Assembly: GCA_963826525.1 (NCBI GenBank)
Contig: CAWGXH010000004.1
Coordinates: 960,001 to 1,024,000, forward strand
Direction: 5' to 3'
DNA: 64,000 bases
DNA from: an uncultured Methanomicrobiaceae archaeon
Lineage (GTDB): Archaea; Halobacteriota; Methanomicrobia; Methanomicrobiales; Methanoculleaceae
The notes under the pieces are model-generated. The model was not told the origin of the DNA. It ran no database searches and was given only the letters and a program-made list of their open reading frames with translations. A program made the translations under genes and the position numbers. Shown here in pieces: positions 42,812-53,505 of the stretch; positions within the stretch are counted from its first letter, which is position 1, and each line of letters opens with the position of its first letter.

Positions 42812-43100
42812 ACCGGACATCCCTCCGCCGCCACCGCATGGTTCTCGTCGTGCACGGACGGGTCGTGGTAGTGGGTGACCCCCCGCAGATAGTTCAAAGC
42901 ACTATCCGCAGTGCTCCGGGCGATGTGCACTGACGCAGCGATCGAAGATCGGGCAGCTATCGGCATCCAACGAGCACCGTCCTGACCGGCCTGCCGGAGA
43001 CGGCTTTGCACCCGCCGCATTCGGCCTCATGATTGCACTCCGCGCAGACGACATCGCAGACTCCCGGAAAAGAGGTGAGATCGAATGGCCCGTCCGGCAT
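42808..43100 (-). pseudogene. DUF3795-like Cys-rich protein remnant
   Basis: GVCDVVCAEC...ECGGCKAVSGRP, then frameshifted CPIF and HCG pieces with stops. Confidence 0.4.
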
Positions 43101-43156
43101 CGCCCCGAACGGCCTGCAGAGAATTGCAGAAATAGGGATATCGGAAAAGCGCAGGC

Positions 43157-44578
43157 TTATGCTCCCGTCGCCGTCACCTGCCGTATTTTCAGCCCTGCTG
43201 TGAAGTGGCGTGCCCAGAGATATCCAAGCAGCGCACCGACGGCGTTGCCTGCGGCAACTCCCCACCAGACACCGTCAAGACCCATCCCGAAGACCAGTGC
43301 GAAGAGCCAGACGAAGAGTGCCGAGAGGACGACTGTCTGCAGGATGGTGATCGTAAGGGAGTATGCACCCCGGCCGGTTCCCTGGAAGAGCGAGGACGAA
43401 CAGAGACCGAACCCGACGATCGGATAGACCAGACTCATAATCCGAAGAAATATCGTCAGCTCCGCGGTGATTCCCGAAGCATCGTCTGCGGCTGCGAAGG
43501 CCGCGGCGATCCGGGGGGCGAGGATGAACGTGGCCGCAGCGATGGCTCCGCCGATGACAAGCCCAAGATGGACCGCATAGAGGAGTGTGGACTCCATCTT
43601 TGCGTACGCCTCCGCTCCATACGTGGCTCCGGTGACGGCAACCACTGCCGTCGAGATGGCGAGGATCGGAGTTAAGCCGATGCTCACCACCCTCCACCCG
43701 ACCGAGTAGATCGCAATACCGTCGGTGCTCGCGATGAGGACGATGATGCCGTTTAAGACGAGTGTCGTCAACGCCAGAACGAGCTGTTCTGCGGCGGCGG
43801 GGCAGCCGACCTGCAGAATATCTCTGATGATCGCCGAATCCGGAGCGAACCGGCGCAGGCTGAGCGAGACGTAGGTATCCTTCTTTATGAATAGCCAGTA
43901 TGCCATGGGGGCTGCGGCCAGGACCTCGGCAAGGATCGTCGCCCACGCCGCGCCGGCGATGCCCATATCGAGGGTGTAGATCAGGATCGGATCGAGGATG
44001 ATGTTTGCCACTGCTCCGAGAGCCATGGCGTACATGGTGCGTTTTGCATCCCCTTCGCCGTGCAGGACTGCGTAGGCGACCTCGCCGAAGAGGAGAAAGA
44101 TCGTTCCGAGGAAGAGAATCCGGGTATACTCGGTGGCCATGCCGGCGGCCTCGCCCGCTCCCATGAGGATGAAGAGGTCGCCTGCAACGAAAGTCAGCGG
44201 CACGGTGACCACGGCAGCGAGGATCGTCATCAGGAGAATGGTGTGCATGGCCACGCTGTCCGCCCCGGCCTTGTCCCTGGCGCCGATCATCCGCGAGAGT
44301 GCGGCTTCACCGCCGGTTCCAAGGCCGCTCGCGAGCCCGATGGTGATAATGAAGAGCGGGAATGAGAACCCAACCGCGGCAAGGGCACCGGCGCCGAGGC
44401 CCGAGACCCAGAATGCGTCGACGACATTGTAGAGCGTCAGCAGGGTCATGGCGATCATCATCGGTACGGAGAGTCTGATGATCGCGGCTTTCGGGTCGGC
44501 GAGAAGTGTTCTGGTTCCTTCTGTTTCTTTTGGCTGGTTATTGAACGGTGTGCTGTCTTCGGAGTCGCTGGTCGGCAT
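43157..44578 (-). CDS. MATE-family efflux transporter
   Basis: LYNVVDAFWVSGLG, NIILDPILIY...GIAGAAWAT, about 12 transmembrane helices. Confidence 0.93.
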   Translation of the reverse strand: MPTSDSEDSTPFNNQPKETEGTRTLLADPKAAIIRLSVPMMIAMTLLTLYNVVDAFWVSGLGAGALAAVGFSFPLFIITIGLASGLGTGGEAALSRMIGARDKAGADSVAMHTILLMTILAAVVTVPLTFVAGDLFILMGAGEAAGMATEYTRILFLGTIFLLFGEVAYAVLHGEGDAKRTMYAMALGAVANIILDPILIYTLDMGIAGAAWATILAEVLAAAPMAYWLFIKKDTYVSLSLRRFAPDSAIIRDILQVGCPAAAEQLVLALTTLVLNGIIVLIASTDGIAIYSVGWRVVSIGLTPILAISTAVVAVTGATYGAEAYAKMESTLLYAVHLGLVIGGAIAAATFILAPRIAAAFAAADDASGITAELTIFLRIMSLVYPIVGFGLCSSSLFQGTGRGAYSLTITILQTVVLSALFVWLFALVFGMGLDGVWWGVAAGNAVGALLGYLWARHFTAGLKIRQVTATGA

Positions 44579-45193
44579 ACATATCGCCTACTGGCGTGCC
44601 CTTTTCGTGGGTCCCTGGTTCATTCGGGAGGCGAATACCGGAGGTCCCGGGCACTGTACCTGTCTGTGAACGGTGATTGCTGATCCTGCCCGGGGGGAGG
44701 GGAGAAACCGCAAGCGGATGTGCGGAACTCTCAGAAAAAGACTCTCTATTTGAGCTGGATATCGTTATCCCTGAAATGAATGGGGCTGGATCAGTAGTTA
44801 GAGGTTTCTATCTCTCACCGGATGTGGACAGATGACAGGGGTGCCGTCCCGATCCCGGGCTCCTGCACCGTCACGCTGCCGGAAGGACGGCCGCTCCAGC
44901 GCAGATGAGGCTTTTCTCCTCTCTGCAGCCCGAAAGCATCATGCGGTTTATGGGGCATAGTGCGTGCGATGCCCTCATGACCATCTCCTCTGCAGGTCTT
45001 GGCCAGGCCGGAGGGGTAGCGATGGTCGCCTGACCGACTCCCCGCTCCCCGGTTGGAAGCGGTTCATGCCGATCTCCTGCCGCCCCGGGTTCTGATGGCA
45101 GGCGGGGCATGTGGTTTTTGCCGTCAGTCGGGAAAAGTATGGGGGGGGTCCGGGACGAATGGAGGCGGTGCAAAAAAGGGTGCTCTTCCCGGG

Positions 45194-45658
45194 TTACCAT
45201 ATTTCGGGGAAAGCCATGTTGGTGTAAATATCCTCAAGTCGTGCTTTGTGACCTTTCTCCATAGTGGCAAGCTCCCGGAAGAGTTCCCTCTGTCCGGCAT
45301 CGGTGCTGGCATCGGCGAGTGCCGTATACATCTGCATGGAGTGCAGTTCTTTTCCGATAGCGAGTCGTATTCCGTCGAGGGGCTTCATGTCGACGGTAAG
45401 TTCTGGCTCATTGGGATCATCGGTAACCCGGTAACTCTTCTTCTCTTCAAAGTGCAGAGCTCCTCCTCCCGTTGCCATGAGGCTCTGCAGTTGCTCTTTA
45501 TGCTTCATCTCGTCCCCGGCAAGATCGTTGAAGATGGTTCGAAGAGCTTCGTCCGCGACCTTCTCCGATACTGCTCTGTAGAACCTGTACGACCTTTCCT
45601 CTTTGCCGACAGCGTCGGTCATGATCTTCTGGTAATCTGTCTTGTTCATGGAGATCAT
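45194..45658 (-). CDS. Ferritin/rubrerythrin-like diiron protein
   Basis: AVGKEERSYRFY...DEMKH and AIGKELHSMQMY...MEKGH duplicated E...ExxH motifs. Confidence 0.88.
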   Translation of the reverse strand: MISMNKTDYQKIMTDAVGKEERSYRFYRAVSEKVADEALRTIFNDLAGDEMKHKEQLQSLMATGGGALHFEEKKSYRVTDDPNEPELTVDMKPLDGIRLAIGKELHSMQMYTALADASTDAGQRELFRELATMEKGHKARLEDIYTNMAFPEIW

Positions 45659-45713
45659 GGAGATCCCCCCCTCTTGGTCTCCGCCCGTCTCTATGCCGAT
45701 GGGCGGGGCTGAT

Positions 45714-45854
45714 GTTCGTAATGCTACAATCAGTTCCGCCCTTTACGAACTAAGACTTATTTATTCCTTTTGATCAATAGTAATGGGAGAAGTGAGCACC
45801 CTGTTATGACATCTATCCGGCACCCGGACGATATGCGGTTCGACCGTATCGAAC
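45714..45854. promoter_or_regulatory. Candidate MsvR boxes (TTCG-N7-9-CGAA type)
   Basis: GTTCGTAA (45714-21) and TTACGAAC (45743-50) inverted repeat, TTCC-N8-CGAA (45734-49), and a perfect TTCG-N7-CGAA at 45839-45853. Confidence 0.55.
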
Positions 45855-46583
45855 TCTTTTCAGTCGGGAGGAGAGATCTACGCTGTGAAAAGTCCGGTTC
45901 GGGTCAGGATCCTCTCGCTGCTCCGGGAGCGGGAGATGGGATTCGACGAGCTCGTCGCAGACTCCGGGCGGGCGAAGTCGACCATCTCCATCCACCTCAA
46001 GGATCTCGCCCTGGAAGGCATCCTTGAGTCGAAACCCGATCCCCTGGATAGCCGGAAGAAGGTCTTCTCGATCTGCCCCGGATACCTCGGCAGCCTCTCG
46101 GCTCACGATCGCATCGACGAGGATATTGGTGCCTTCGTCCTCTCCGCACTGCAACGGGATGCGGATCCGTCATCCGTATTTAAAGCCCTCTTTCAGGCGA
46201 CTCGCCTCGCACTGATGCGGGAAGGGGTGACGGTCGACCCGATCCTCTACGCTGCGGGCAGCAGCGTCGGGCAGGCGCTCTCCGGGCAGATCAACGCGCC
46301 TGATCTCGACACACTGCTCCAAAACATCGGCGCCTTCTGGGATGAGCGCGGGCTCGGCCGCCTTGAGGTCGTCAGCCGTGATCCCCTCACGCTCGATATC
46401 TACAACTGCTACGAGTGTCAGGATTTCCCGCCGCTCGGAAGGCCGGTCTGTGCATTCGATGCCGGTATTCTCGCCGCCCTCTTTGAGGTTCACTTCCGGG
46501 AAGAGCAGATTGTCACCGAGACGAAATGCTATGCCATGAACGATACCTGCTGCCGGTTTGTGGTGCTGCCGCGGACGGAGTAG
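45806..46583 (+). CDS. msvR: ArsR-HTH plus V4R redox-sensing regulator (MsvR-like), frameshift near 45870
   Basis: IELFS / KSPVRVRILSLL...KSTISIHL, V4R cysteines CYEC, CAFDAGIL, ETKCYA...CCRF. Divergent from an oxidative-stress gene. Confidence 0.8.
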
Positions 46584-47069
46584 TCTTTCCGGTTGCTGAC
46601 CGCCGGGCTCCTCCGGGGCAGATGGCGTCCGGTGCTCTGTAGCCCTGGATGCAATCGGCATAATTATCCGATTTTAACGGTGGTATCAGAGACCGGATTG
46701 GCAAACGGATTGCGGAGTATATCTGTCTGATTTCTGAAAAACGGGAGAATTGTCGGGCTATAGCGGCTCTATGAGCATCAGTAATTTTCGGAGGGTGCCT
46801 CCCCTGCCTCGCCTCGGGATCGGCCGGGAGTGCGGGTATTTATGCGTTACCTGACCGGAGCCGCGCCGGGCACCGAAGAACCAGGGCGATGTGCTGCAGC
46901 GATCACCGGGAGCAGAGAAACTCGCCCGGCCGTATGATCGAAAGAAGGGGATATGTCTGTCATCGAGGAGATACGCAGGCTCGACCGGTGGGAAAAAGGA
47001 GGGCGGGCAGGATCACGCCCCACCGCGTATCGGGTTGCATCCCGCTCGATCCACAGCTGACGGTCAGGG

Positions 47070-47509
47070 TCACGCTGGAACGGGGACCCGTGGTATCCGC
47101 TCGAAACCGGCTGCTGCATCAGACCGGCGGACTCCCAGATAATCCATTCCTCTGCGATTTTGCCGTTGACGACCCGGGAGACCGATATCCCCTGGACTGA
47201 AAATTTCCGTCCGGTCGGTGGCCGGCCCAGAGCTCTGTTCCCGAATCGGTTCCGCTTGAGGTCCAGCAGGTCGTCACCACATCGCCTTCGGCGACCTGAC
47301 CCCTGACGGTGACGACCTGGTCGGGGAATGCATTCCAGTATGATGCATTGATCCGTCTCCAGCCATTCGCCCCTCCGCTGAAATCATTCATCGGATCATG
47401 CATCTCGTAGTCGCGGGCTGAGCATCGATACGCCAAGATCCAGATTATGGTTTTTGTAGACCTGCTCGTAAAACCTGCGTACAAGTGCTTTGTTCTCCTC
47501 TATCGACAT
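47070..47509 (-). pseudogene. SnoaL-like ester cyclase, frameshifted
   Basis: MSIEENKALVRRFYEQV, AFPDQVVTVRGQVAEGDVV and NGKIAEEW lie in different frames. End position approximate. Confidence 0.65.
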
Positions 47510-47759
47510 ATTTACCTCCTTTTCACCCTGTTGGGCGATCCGCTGCGACGACTGTGAATGCTTTCTGTCCGGGTGCTCTCACGTGTGACTGGCGGTCTGT
47601 CTCCGGTTCATCCAGGTCTGCCGGGTGTTCGCCGTCGTCCGGTCTGCGTGACGATAAAATGTGCGGTGAACACCGGGAAGCTGTACGTACCATCCGGATG
47701 TCGCAGCTTGAGTGCCTCAGGATCATCTGATCCTATCAATGGATTTCGGGACCGGGGGT

Positions 47760-47965
47760 TTGGTGAACAACTCCGGGCAGAAACCCGGGCGGTTCATCCT
47801 GGCAACGAACGATATGGAGATGTCTGCCGATGGACTGCTCGCAAACAACACAGGGCAGGGGGCGGTGGAACGGGGATTCCGGTTCCTGAAGGACACGTCG
47901 TTCCGGGTTGCAGAGGTCTTTTTGAAGAATACCTCATGTGTTCAGGCGCTGGCGATGATCATTCG
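47760..47965 (+). mobile_element. IS1634-family transposase C-terminal fragment (remnant)
   Basis: GRFILATND...GQGAVERGFRFLKDTSFRVAEVFLK...QALAMI matches the recalled IS1634 motif around the catalytic Glu. No full ORF or terminal repeats seen. Confidence 0.75.
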
Positions 47966-48126
47966 CCCCGCTGTGGTTGAGACGCTGCCTCACCCGGTGG
48001 CCTGCATTCTATAATCCGGCCGGCGAGCCCGGCAGAGCGCGTAATCTGCCGAACTCGCGCCTCCTTTCTGCAAACGGCTCTCTAAAATTCCGGCATCTTT
48101 TACTAGATGATGCACAATCTTTAATT

Positions 48127-49780
48127 ATGCGAATATATGCAATCGTTGCCCTTCTCATCGCCGTCGCGGTGCTCGGAGCGGGCTGCACGGAAGATGGCCG
48201 GCCGTCTCCGCAGATAACTCAGGAGTCGGTCTTAAGCGATGCCGTCTCCGGGATAAACGATGAACTCGAGTCGGTCAGAGTATCGGTCGGAGAGAATGCC
48301 CGGGTGCTCGGGGAGACCGGGCTTACCGGTGCTGCGGGGAGGGAGGCACTGAAGCAGACGCTGCTGAAGTACCCCTGGGCCGAGTCGTCCCTCGTGATAT
48401 CGAAAGACGGTATCGTGGTTATGGCCGTGCCCGAGAACTACGGGGATATCGTGAACATGAACCTTTCCTACCAGTCCCCGGTGCAGCGGGCGAACCGGGA
48501 ACAGGTGCCGATCGTCAGCGAGGTCTTCTACCTGGAGGAAGGGTTCTACGGGATCTCCCAGAGTTATCCGGTCTTCGGGACCGAGTACCTGGGATACACG
48601 GATATCACGTACAGGTCCGATATCCTCATCGGGCGGGTAGTGGCGCCCCTCATCAACGGGACGCCGTATGACGCCTGGGCGACGCAGACCGACGGGCGGG
48701 TAATCTACGACACGACTCCGGAAGAGATTGGAAAGAACCTCTTTTCAGACCCGGTATACCAGTCCCCGGGACTCCAGGAGGCGTTTACTCGTATCGTCTC
48801 CGAGCCCTCCGGGTCCCTTGAGTACTCGTTCTATGACCTGAACTGGGAACGGAACGTGACGAAGGAGGCGAGGTGGGATACCGCCGGCATCGACGGGGCG
48901 GAGTGGCGCATCGTCATCACGCGGAGTCTGGATGCAGGAGAGCGGCAGCAGGCCGCCAGCAGCGGCAGACCGCCTGCGGCAAATGCGACCGACGAGATGA
49001 AGAGTCTTCGTTGCCGAGGCGGCTGCATATGCACGGGAGCACGGCCGCACGGAGGCTCTTTCCGCGTTCAACAACCCTGATGGGGAGTTTGTCCGCGAGG
49101 ACCTCTACATCTTTGCCTATGCTATGAACGGCACCGTCCTTGCCCTCCCCTTCCAGCAGGGTCTCATCGGCACGGACCGGAGAGGGGTGCACGACACCAA
49201 CGGTGTGGCCTATATCGACGGCATGACCCGGGTTGCGGCGGAAGGGGGCGGCAGCCTCTACTATGTCTACCCGAATCCGGCGAACGGGTATGCCGAAGAG
49301 CTCAAACTCGGGTATGCCATGCCGGTGGATGAGGAGTGGTTCGTCGGTTCGGGCGTCTACATCCCGGGAGCCGGTACCGGGTTTAACGCGAGCGAACGGG
49401 ATGCACTCGTGCAGCGGGTGAAGGCTGCACGGGATTATGCCCAGGAGCACGGGAAAGAGGCGGCCTCTGCCGCGTTCAATGATCTCGCCGGGCCTTTTGC
49501 CGACGGCGGGGCATACATCTTTGCATACGGCATGGACGGGGAGACGCTGGCGCTTCCTTACCAGCCCGAATTAATCGGCAGCAACCGCATCGGCTTTGAG
49601 GACCGGTATGGCGTAAAAATAATCGACTGGGAGATCGCCGCTGCACAAGCCGGGGGCGGGTTTGTGTACGTCACGTACTATAACCCGGATACCGGCAGTG
49701 ACGGGTTGAAGCTCTGCTATGTCGTTCCGGTGGATGATGGGTGGTTCGTCGGCTCCGGCGTCTATGCTGAGAGTACCTGA
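48127..49780 (+). CDS. Cache-domain lipoprotein (dCache plus two sCache), frameshift near 49005
   Basis: Lipobox VLGAGC. Repeated YIFAY.M.G..LALP.Q...G..R....D..GV and WFVGSGVY motifs. Confidence 0.8.
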
Positions 49781-50340
49781 TCGCGGAGAAGTGATCTCCA
49801 TGGTGAGGTCGGCGAGGGGGCACCCCCCTTCGTCCTGAAATATGGTCTATTCGGGGGTATTTTTCTGTTTTACCGCTTTTTCCAGAGGGTGAATTTTACC
49901 AAATGTGTTCCTCCAAGCATATCACCCTGATTCCTGAAAACCGGTATTATCGCTGAGATATACTGGCCATATGAGCGGCGGTAATTTTTGGAGGGTGTAT
50001 ACCATGCCTCGCCTTGAGATCGGCCGGCTGCGGGCTTCTGTGAGGGTCGAAATTCCGGAGGATTCGGCCGGGATTGTGGATATTTAAGGGTTGCTTGACC
50101 GGAGTGGTGGGCAGGAGCCCTACCGCCCGCGGTGAGGAAGTCCGCTGCCCGGATCACGTCGACCGCCGACCCGTCCCGGATATGCCGGAGCCACCAGGGC
50201 GGTGGCAGGCCGCCTGGCTCTCCGGCCACCGGCGGATCGGTGCCGCCCATGGTGCAGAGGAACGCCGCGTCCACCTCCCCGGTCAACTCCACACGGCTGT
50301 ACCTGCTCCCTCCCGAACCGGATCGATCCGTGATCTCCGA

Positions 50341-51150
50341 TTACAGGTTGCTGAAGAACGACCTCCCCCCGACGCCGGAATTTTCTTCTTTGTTCTTCAC
50401 CCTGCAGAGCCTCACCTCTCTGTTCGGGCAGCCTCCGCCACGGCAATCGGCCTTGCTGCCGCGGTATTCCATGAGAGATCGCCAGATGATCGCAGCGAGG
50501 ATAGCGCCGAGGATCGGTGCGACCCAGAAGAGCCAGAGTTGTGAGAGGGCTTCACCACCCGCGAAGATAGCCGGCCCAAGGCTTCGTGCCGGGTTGACGG
50601 AGGTGCTATCCACCGGGATTGTCGCTATATGAACCATTGCGAGCGCAATTCCTATTGCAAGACCTGCGAACCCTTTTAGTTTCTCGATACTTGTTGCGGC
50701 CAGGATCACAAAGACGAACAGGGCGGTCATCACCACTTCCGAAATGAAGGCTGCCTCGAGCGAGTAGCCGCCCGGTGACGCTTCCCCGTATCCGTTCTGG
50801 CCAAGGCCGTCAGCGGCAAGGGAATATGCAGGGGTTCCCGTCGCTATGGCAAGCACCACCCCGGCGGCGATGATTGCTCCGATACACTGGACGATGATAT
50901 AGACGATCGCCTCCCTTACCGATATCCTGCCAAGAGCAAGCACTCCTATCGTCACTGCGGGGTTCACGTGGCACCCGGAAACCTCCCCGATGGCATATAC
51001 CATCGAAAGAAGGACCAGTCCGAAGGCGAATGCTATACCCAGATAACCAATCTCGTCGCCTGCGATCACCACGCTTCCGACCCCGATAAGGACCAGCGCA
51101 AAGGTTCCGAACAGCTCGGCACCATATTTTCTCATCGCGTTTGCAGTCAT
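50341..51150 (-). CDS. aqpZ: Aquaporin (MIP family); C-terminal tail possibly extended by a frameshift
   Basis: SGCHVNPAVT and TSVNPARSLGPA NPA motifs, GLGQNGYG loop. Confidence 0.9.
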   Translation of the reverse strand: MTANAMRKYGAELFGTFALVLIGVGSVVIAGDEIGYLGIAFAFGLVLLSMVYAIGEVSGCHVNPAVTIGVLALGRISVREAIVYIIVQCIGAIIAAGVVLAIATGTPAYSLAADGLGQNGYGEASPGGYSLEAAFISEVVMTALFVFVILAATSIEKLKGFAGLAIGIALAMVHIATIPVDSTSVNPARSLGPAIFAGGEALSQLWLFWVAPILGAILAAIIWRSLMEYRGSKADCRGGGCPNREVRLCRVKNKEENSGVGGRSFFSNL

Positions 51151-51605
51151 TGTCCTGTCACTCCCGGGGGGTTCGGAGAAGATTCGGGTTCCTCGCCCTG
51201 AAGGAGAATTTGCTCCTGAACAGGGGAGTGTGATTGGTGCAGTATGAGAACGGCGGCCTGAGCTGATAACTGAAGTTGCGGCTGGTGCGGGAGAACCATG
51301 GCCTCTCCTGAGTGGGGGAAATGCCTGTTCTCATATAAATATGTCGGTGTCCGGGTCAGGGTGAAGATACGGAGAGAGTAGCCTGGCAGGGAAGATGGTT
51401 GCACAGAGTCCGTTTTGGTCTCTCGGATTGCCAGGTCTTCGGTCGCAGCGATGGCTGTCACTGCACATGATCCCGGGCGTGTGGAGCAGTGCCGGTCGTG
51501 GCGCAGAGGAACGACGCGCCCATCTCCGCCACGTACCGTGTCTCGTCGAACGACCGGAATACTCACGCTCCCGGGCGCCTTCTCGCCGTTTCCGAAGAAC
51601 CGCTC

Positions 51606-52086
51606 CTAGGCGGGAACCTCTGCGCTGATGCCGAAGGCCTCGGAGATCTCGTTAAGAACCACCTTTTCCGGATCGCTGACGGCAACACCGTGCTCTTTTG
51701 CTGCTTCGGCCACCTTCCTGCCTATCGCCAGTACCCACTTTTTATAGGCCATCGCCTCGTCGGGAGAGTACCTTGGACAGCGCTTCCGAAGCAGACTTTG
51801 CTGCCTCGATGGTCGTATTCCGGTAACCCGTCGGGTCGTGCCTCGCCAGAGTCTGTTGCTCTTTAATGAGCGCCTTTTCCTCTGACTGCATCTCGGCGGA
51901 CACCAGGCCGACCAGAGCACTCCCGCTTTCGGCTGCCAGCTTCACGGGTTCCTGCATCATGGCTTTCGTCTCGCCCCATGCCCCCAGGAACGATGGTGCT
52001 GCTTCAATTACCGCCATCGAAATCGCGTACGGCAGGCTGACAAGGTTCTTCCATTCTTCATCCGTAAAGTTCTCCTTCAGTTCCAT
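51606..52086 (-). CDS. Hypothetical helical protein, frameshift near 51770
   Basis: MELKENFTDEEWKNLVSLP... joins SPDEAMAYKKWVLAIGRKVAEAAKE...VSDPEKVVLNEI. Confidence 0.65.
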
Positions 52087-52738
52087 GTTCCGTCACCGGG
52101 AGTCCGATATGCGATGCGTATTATAAGAGAATTTCTATAAAATGCCTGCAATCCCGAGAAGATGGTAAATCGTAAAGCGAGCGCAACCCGCATCTCCGGA
52201 AGATGTGCCCATATAGATGCCCGTCTGTCCGGACATTAAGAATAGAGCCGGGGAATTGATTACGACATGGAAAGAGTCGCGGACATTTGCACGAAACGTA
52301 ACATGACGGAGTAAGGACGCCGCGGAGAAAGAAAGCCAGACAGACGGGGAGGGGGCGCGGCGGCCGAAACAGCCGCCCCGGGACGGGACAGGAGGCCGGC
52401 CACAGGCGGAAAACAAAACAAGAAGAAGATGTGATGACAGCCAAGGAAAAACCAGAAACAGTGAAAGCGGATCGTGAGTGCATAGGAGTGGCGAGCCGTG
52501 GCGGGCATAGATGACCCGGCTTCCCCGGCGGGGGGCCCCCGACCTGTAAACCCAAAACGAGCGAGAGTGGAGACCACGATCCTGGACGATCTCAGGAGAC
52601 TTCCAATATCGTAACCGGCAACTAGATCTCGCTGGTCTTGAAATGAGGCAGCAGAGGAGGTGGCCTCTGTCGCGCCGTGCACGGAAATCATAGGAGTTGC
52701 TATAAGAATGCGAATGCGGTTGAAAAATAAGTAAAAAA

Positions 52739-52810
52739 AGCCGCTGGAGGGATTTGAACCCTCGACCTGCTGATTACGAATCAGCCGCTATACCTCTAAG
52801 CCACAGCGGC
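52739..52810 (-). tRNA. tRNA-Thr (anticodon CGT)
   Basis: GCCGCTG acceptor stem, CTGATT-CGT-AATCAG anticodon arm, GGTTCAAATCC T-loop. Confidence 0.97.
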
Positions 52811-52869
52811 ACTGCCTCAATTAGTTGTATCTCCCTAATGAAAAAGGTATCAGTTCGGGATCGCATCCT

Positions 52870-53166
52870 TCAGGAGTAGCCCCGTATCGTTACGTTTCCT
52901 TCGGCCGCCGGAGCGCTCTCTCCCTGGGTGATCTGCCCGTGCTTCTGCTCGTAATCCTGCATGCTCTTGGCGAGCACCTGCAGCAGGTTCTTGGCATGGC
53001 GGGGGCTGATGGAGACGATTGCCTTTGCCCGCGCCTGGTTCGTGCCCGGGATCTCGTGCAGGAACATGAAGGTAAACTCATCCTCCTTGTAGGCGATCTG
53101 GATCCGGTTCGAGTAGACGGGATCGAGGTCGCCCGGGATATTCACCGATATCTCACGCTGTGCCAT
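52870..53166 (-). CDS. DUF3467 domain protein
   Basis: PVYSNRIQI...EFTFMF...ISPRHAKNLLQVL...YEQKHGQI. Confidence 0.8.
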   Translation of the reverse strand: MAQREISVNIPGDLDPVYSNRIQIAYKEDEFTFMFLHEIPGTNQARAKAIVSISPRHAKNLLQVLAKSMQDYEQKHGQITQGESAPAAEGNVTIRGYS

Positions 53167-53193
53167 ACTCCTTACTCTGGCGCCGCTCCGGCA

Positions 53194-53430
53194 TTAAGCT
53201 GTTGCGTCCGCGTACGGCCGGGCTCCGGCGGCATCCGTTTCGGTCGGGGAGGAGGCTGCGAGGCTGCTGTCGACCAGAGCCGCCTCCGGGTACATAGGCA
53301 GGTCACCGAGAATCGGGGCCGGGATGATGGCCGTCGCTGGGCCGGGAACGCTCGATCCGGAGAGGCATCCGCTGGAGAAGACGGCGAGTGCGAGCAGGAC
53401 GAGCACGGCAATCAGGCTACGGATACGAAT
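53194..53430 (-). CDS. Small putative lipoprotein (start unclear)
   Basis: Hydrophobic stretch LIAVLVLLALAVFSSGC with a lipobox-like Cys. Confidence 0.35.
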   Translation of the reverse strand: MRIRSLIAVLVLLALAVFSSGCLSGSSVPGPATAIIPAPILGDLPMYPEAALVDSSLAASSPTETDAAGARPYADATA

Positions 53431-53505
53431 ATGCCTTCACCTCCACTCACCTCATTTTTTATAGGGATACGATGTAAGTCTTTTGAAACGAACTTCCGGT
53501 GCCGA

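Noticed and set aside
44715-44795. Possible IS end (TGCGGAACTCTCAG) or receiver-domain fragment (LDIVIPEMNG)
   Set aside because: Too short, with no matching second end or surrounding ORF, so it cannot be supported.
50100-50340. ORF fragments downstream of aqpZ
   Set aside because: Interrupted by stops and with no recognisable family.
52825-53505. Long N-terminal extensions on the Cas4-like, DinB (25851), RNase III (17161) and DUF362 (16347) ORFs
   Set aside because: They come from upstream-most start calling and overlap opposite-strand genes or promoters. Homology-like sequence begins at internal ATGs.
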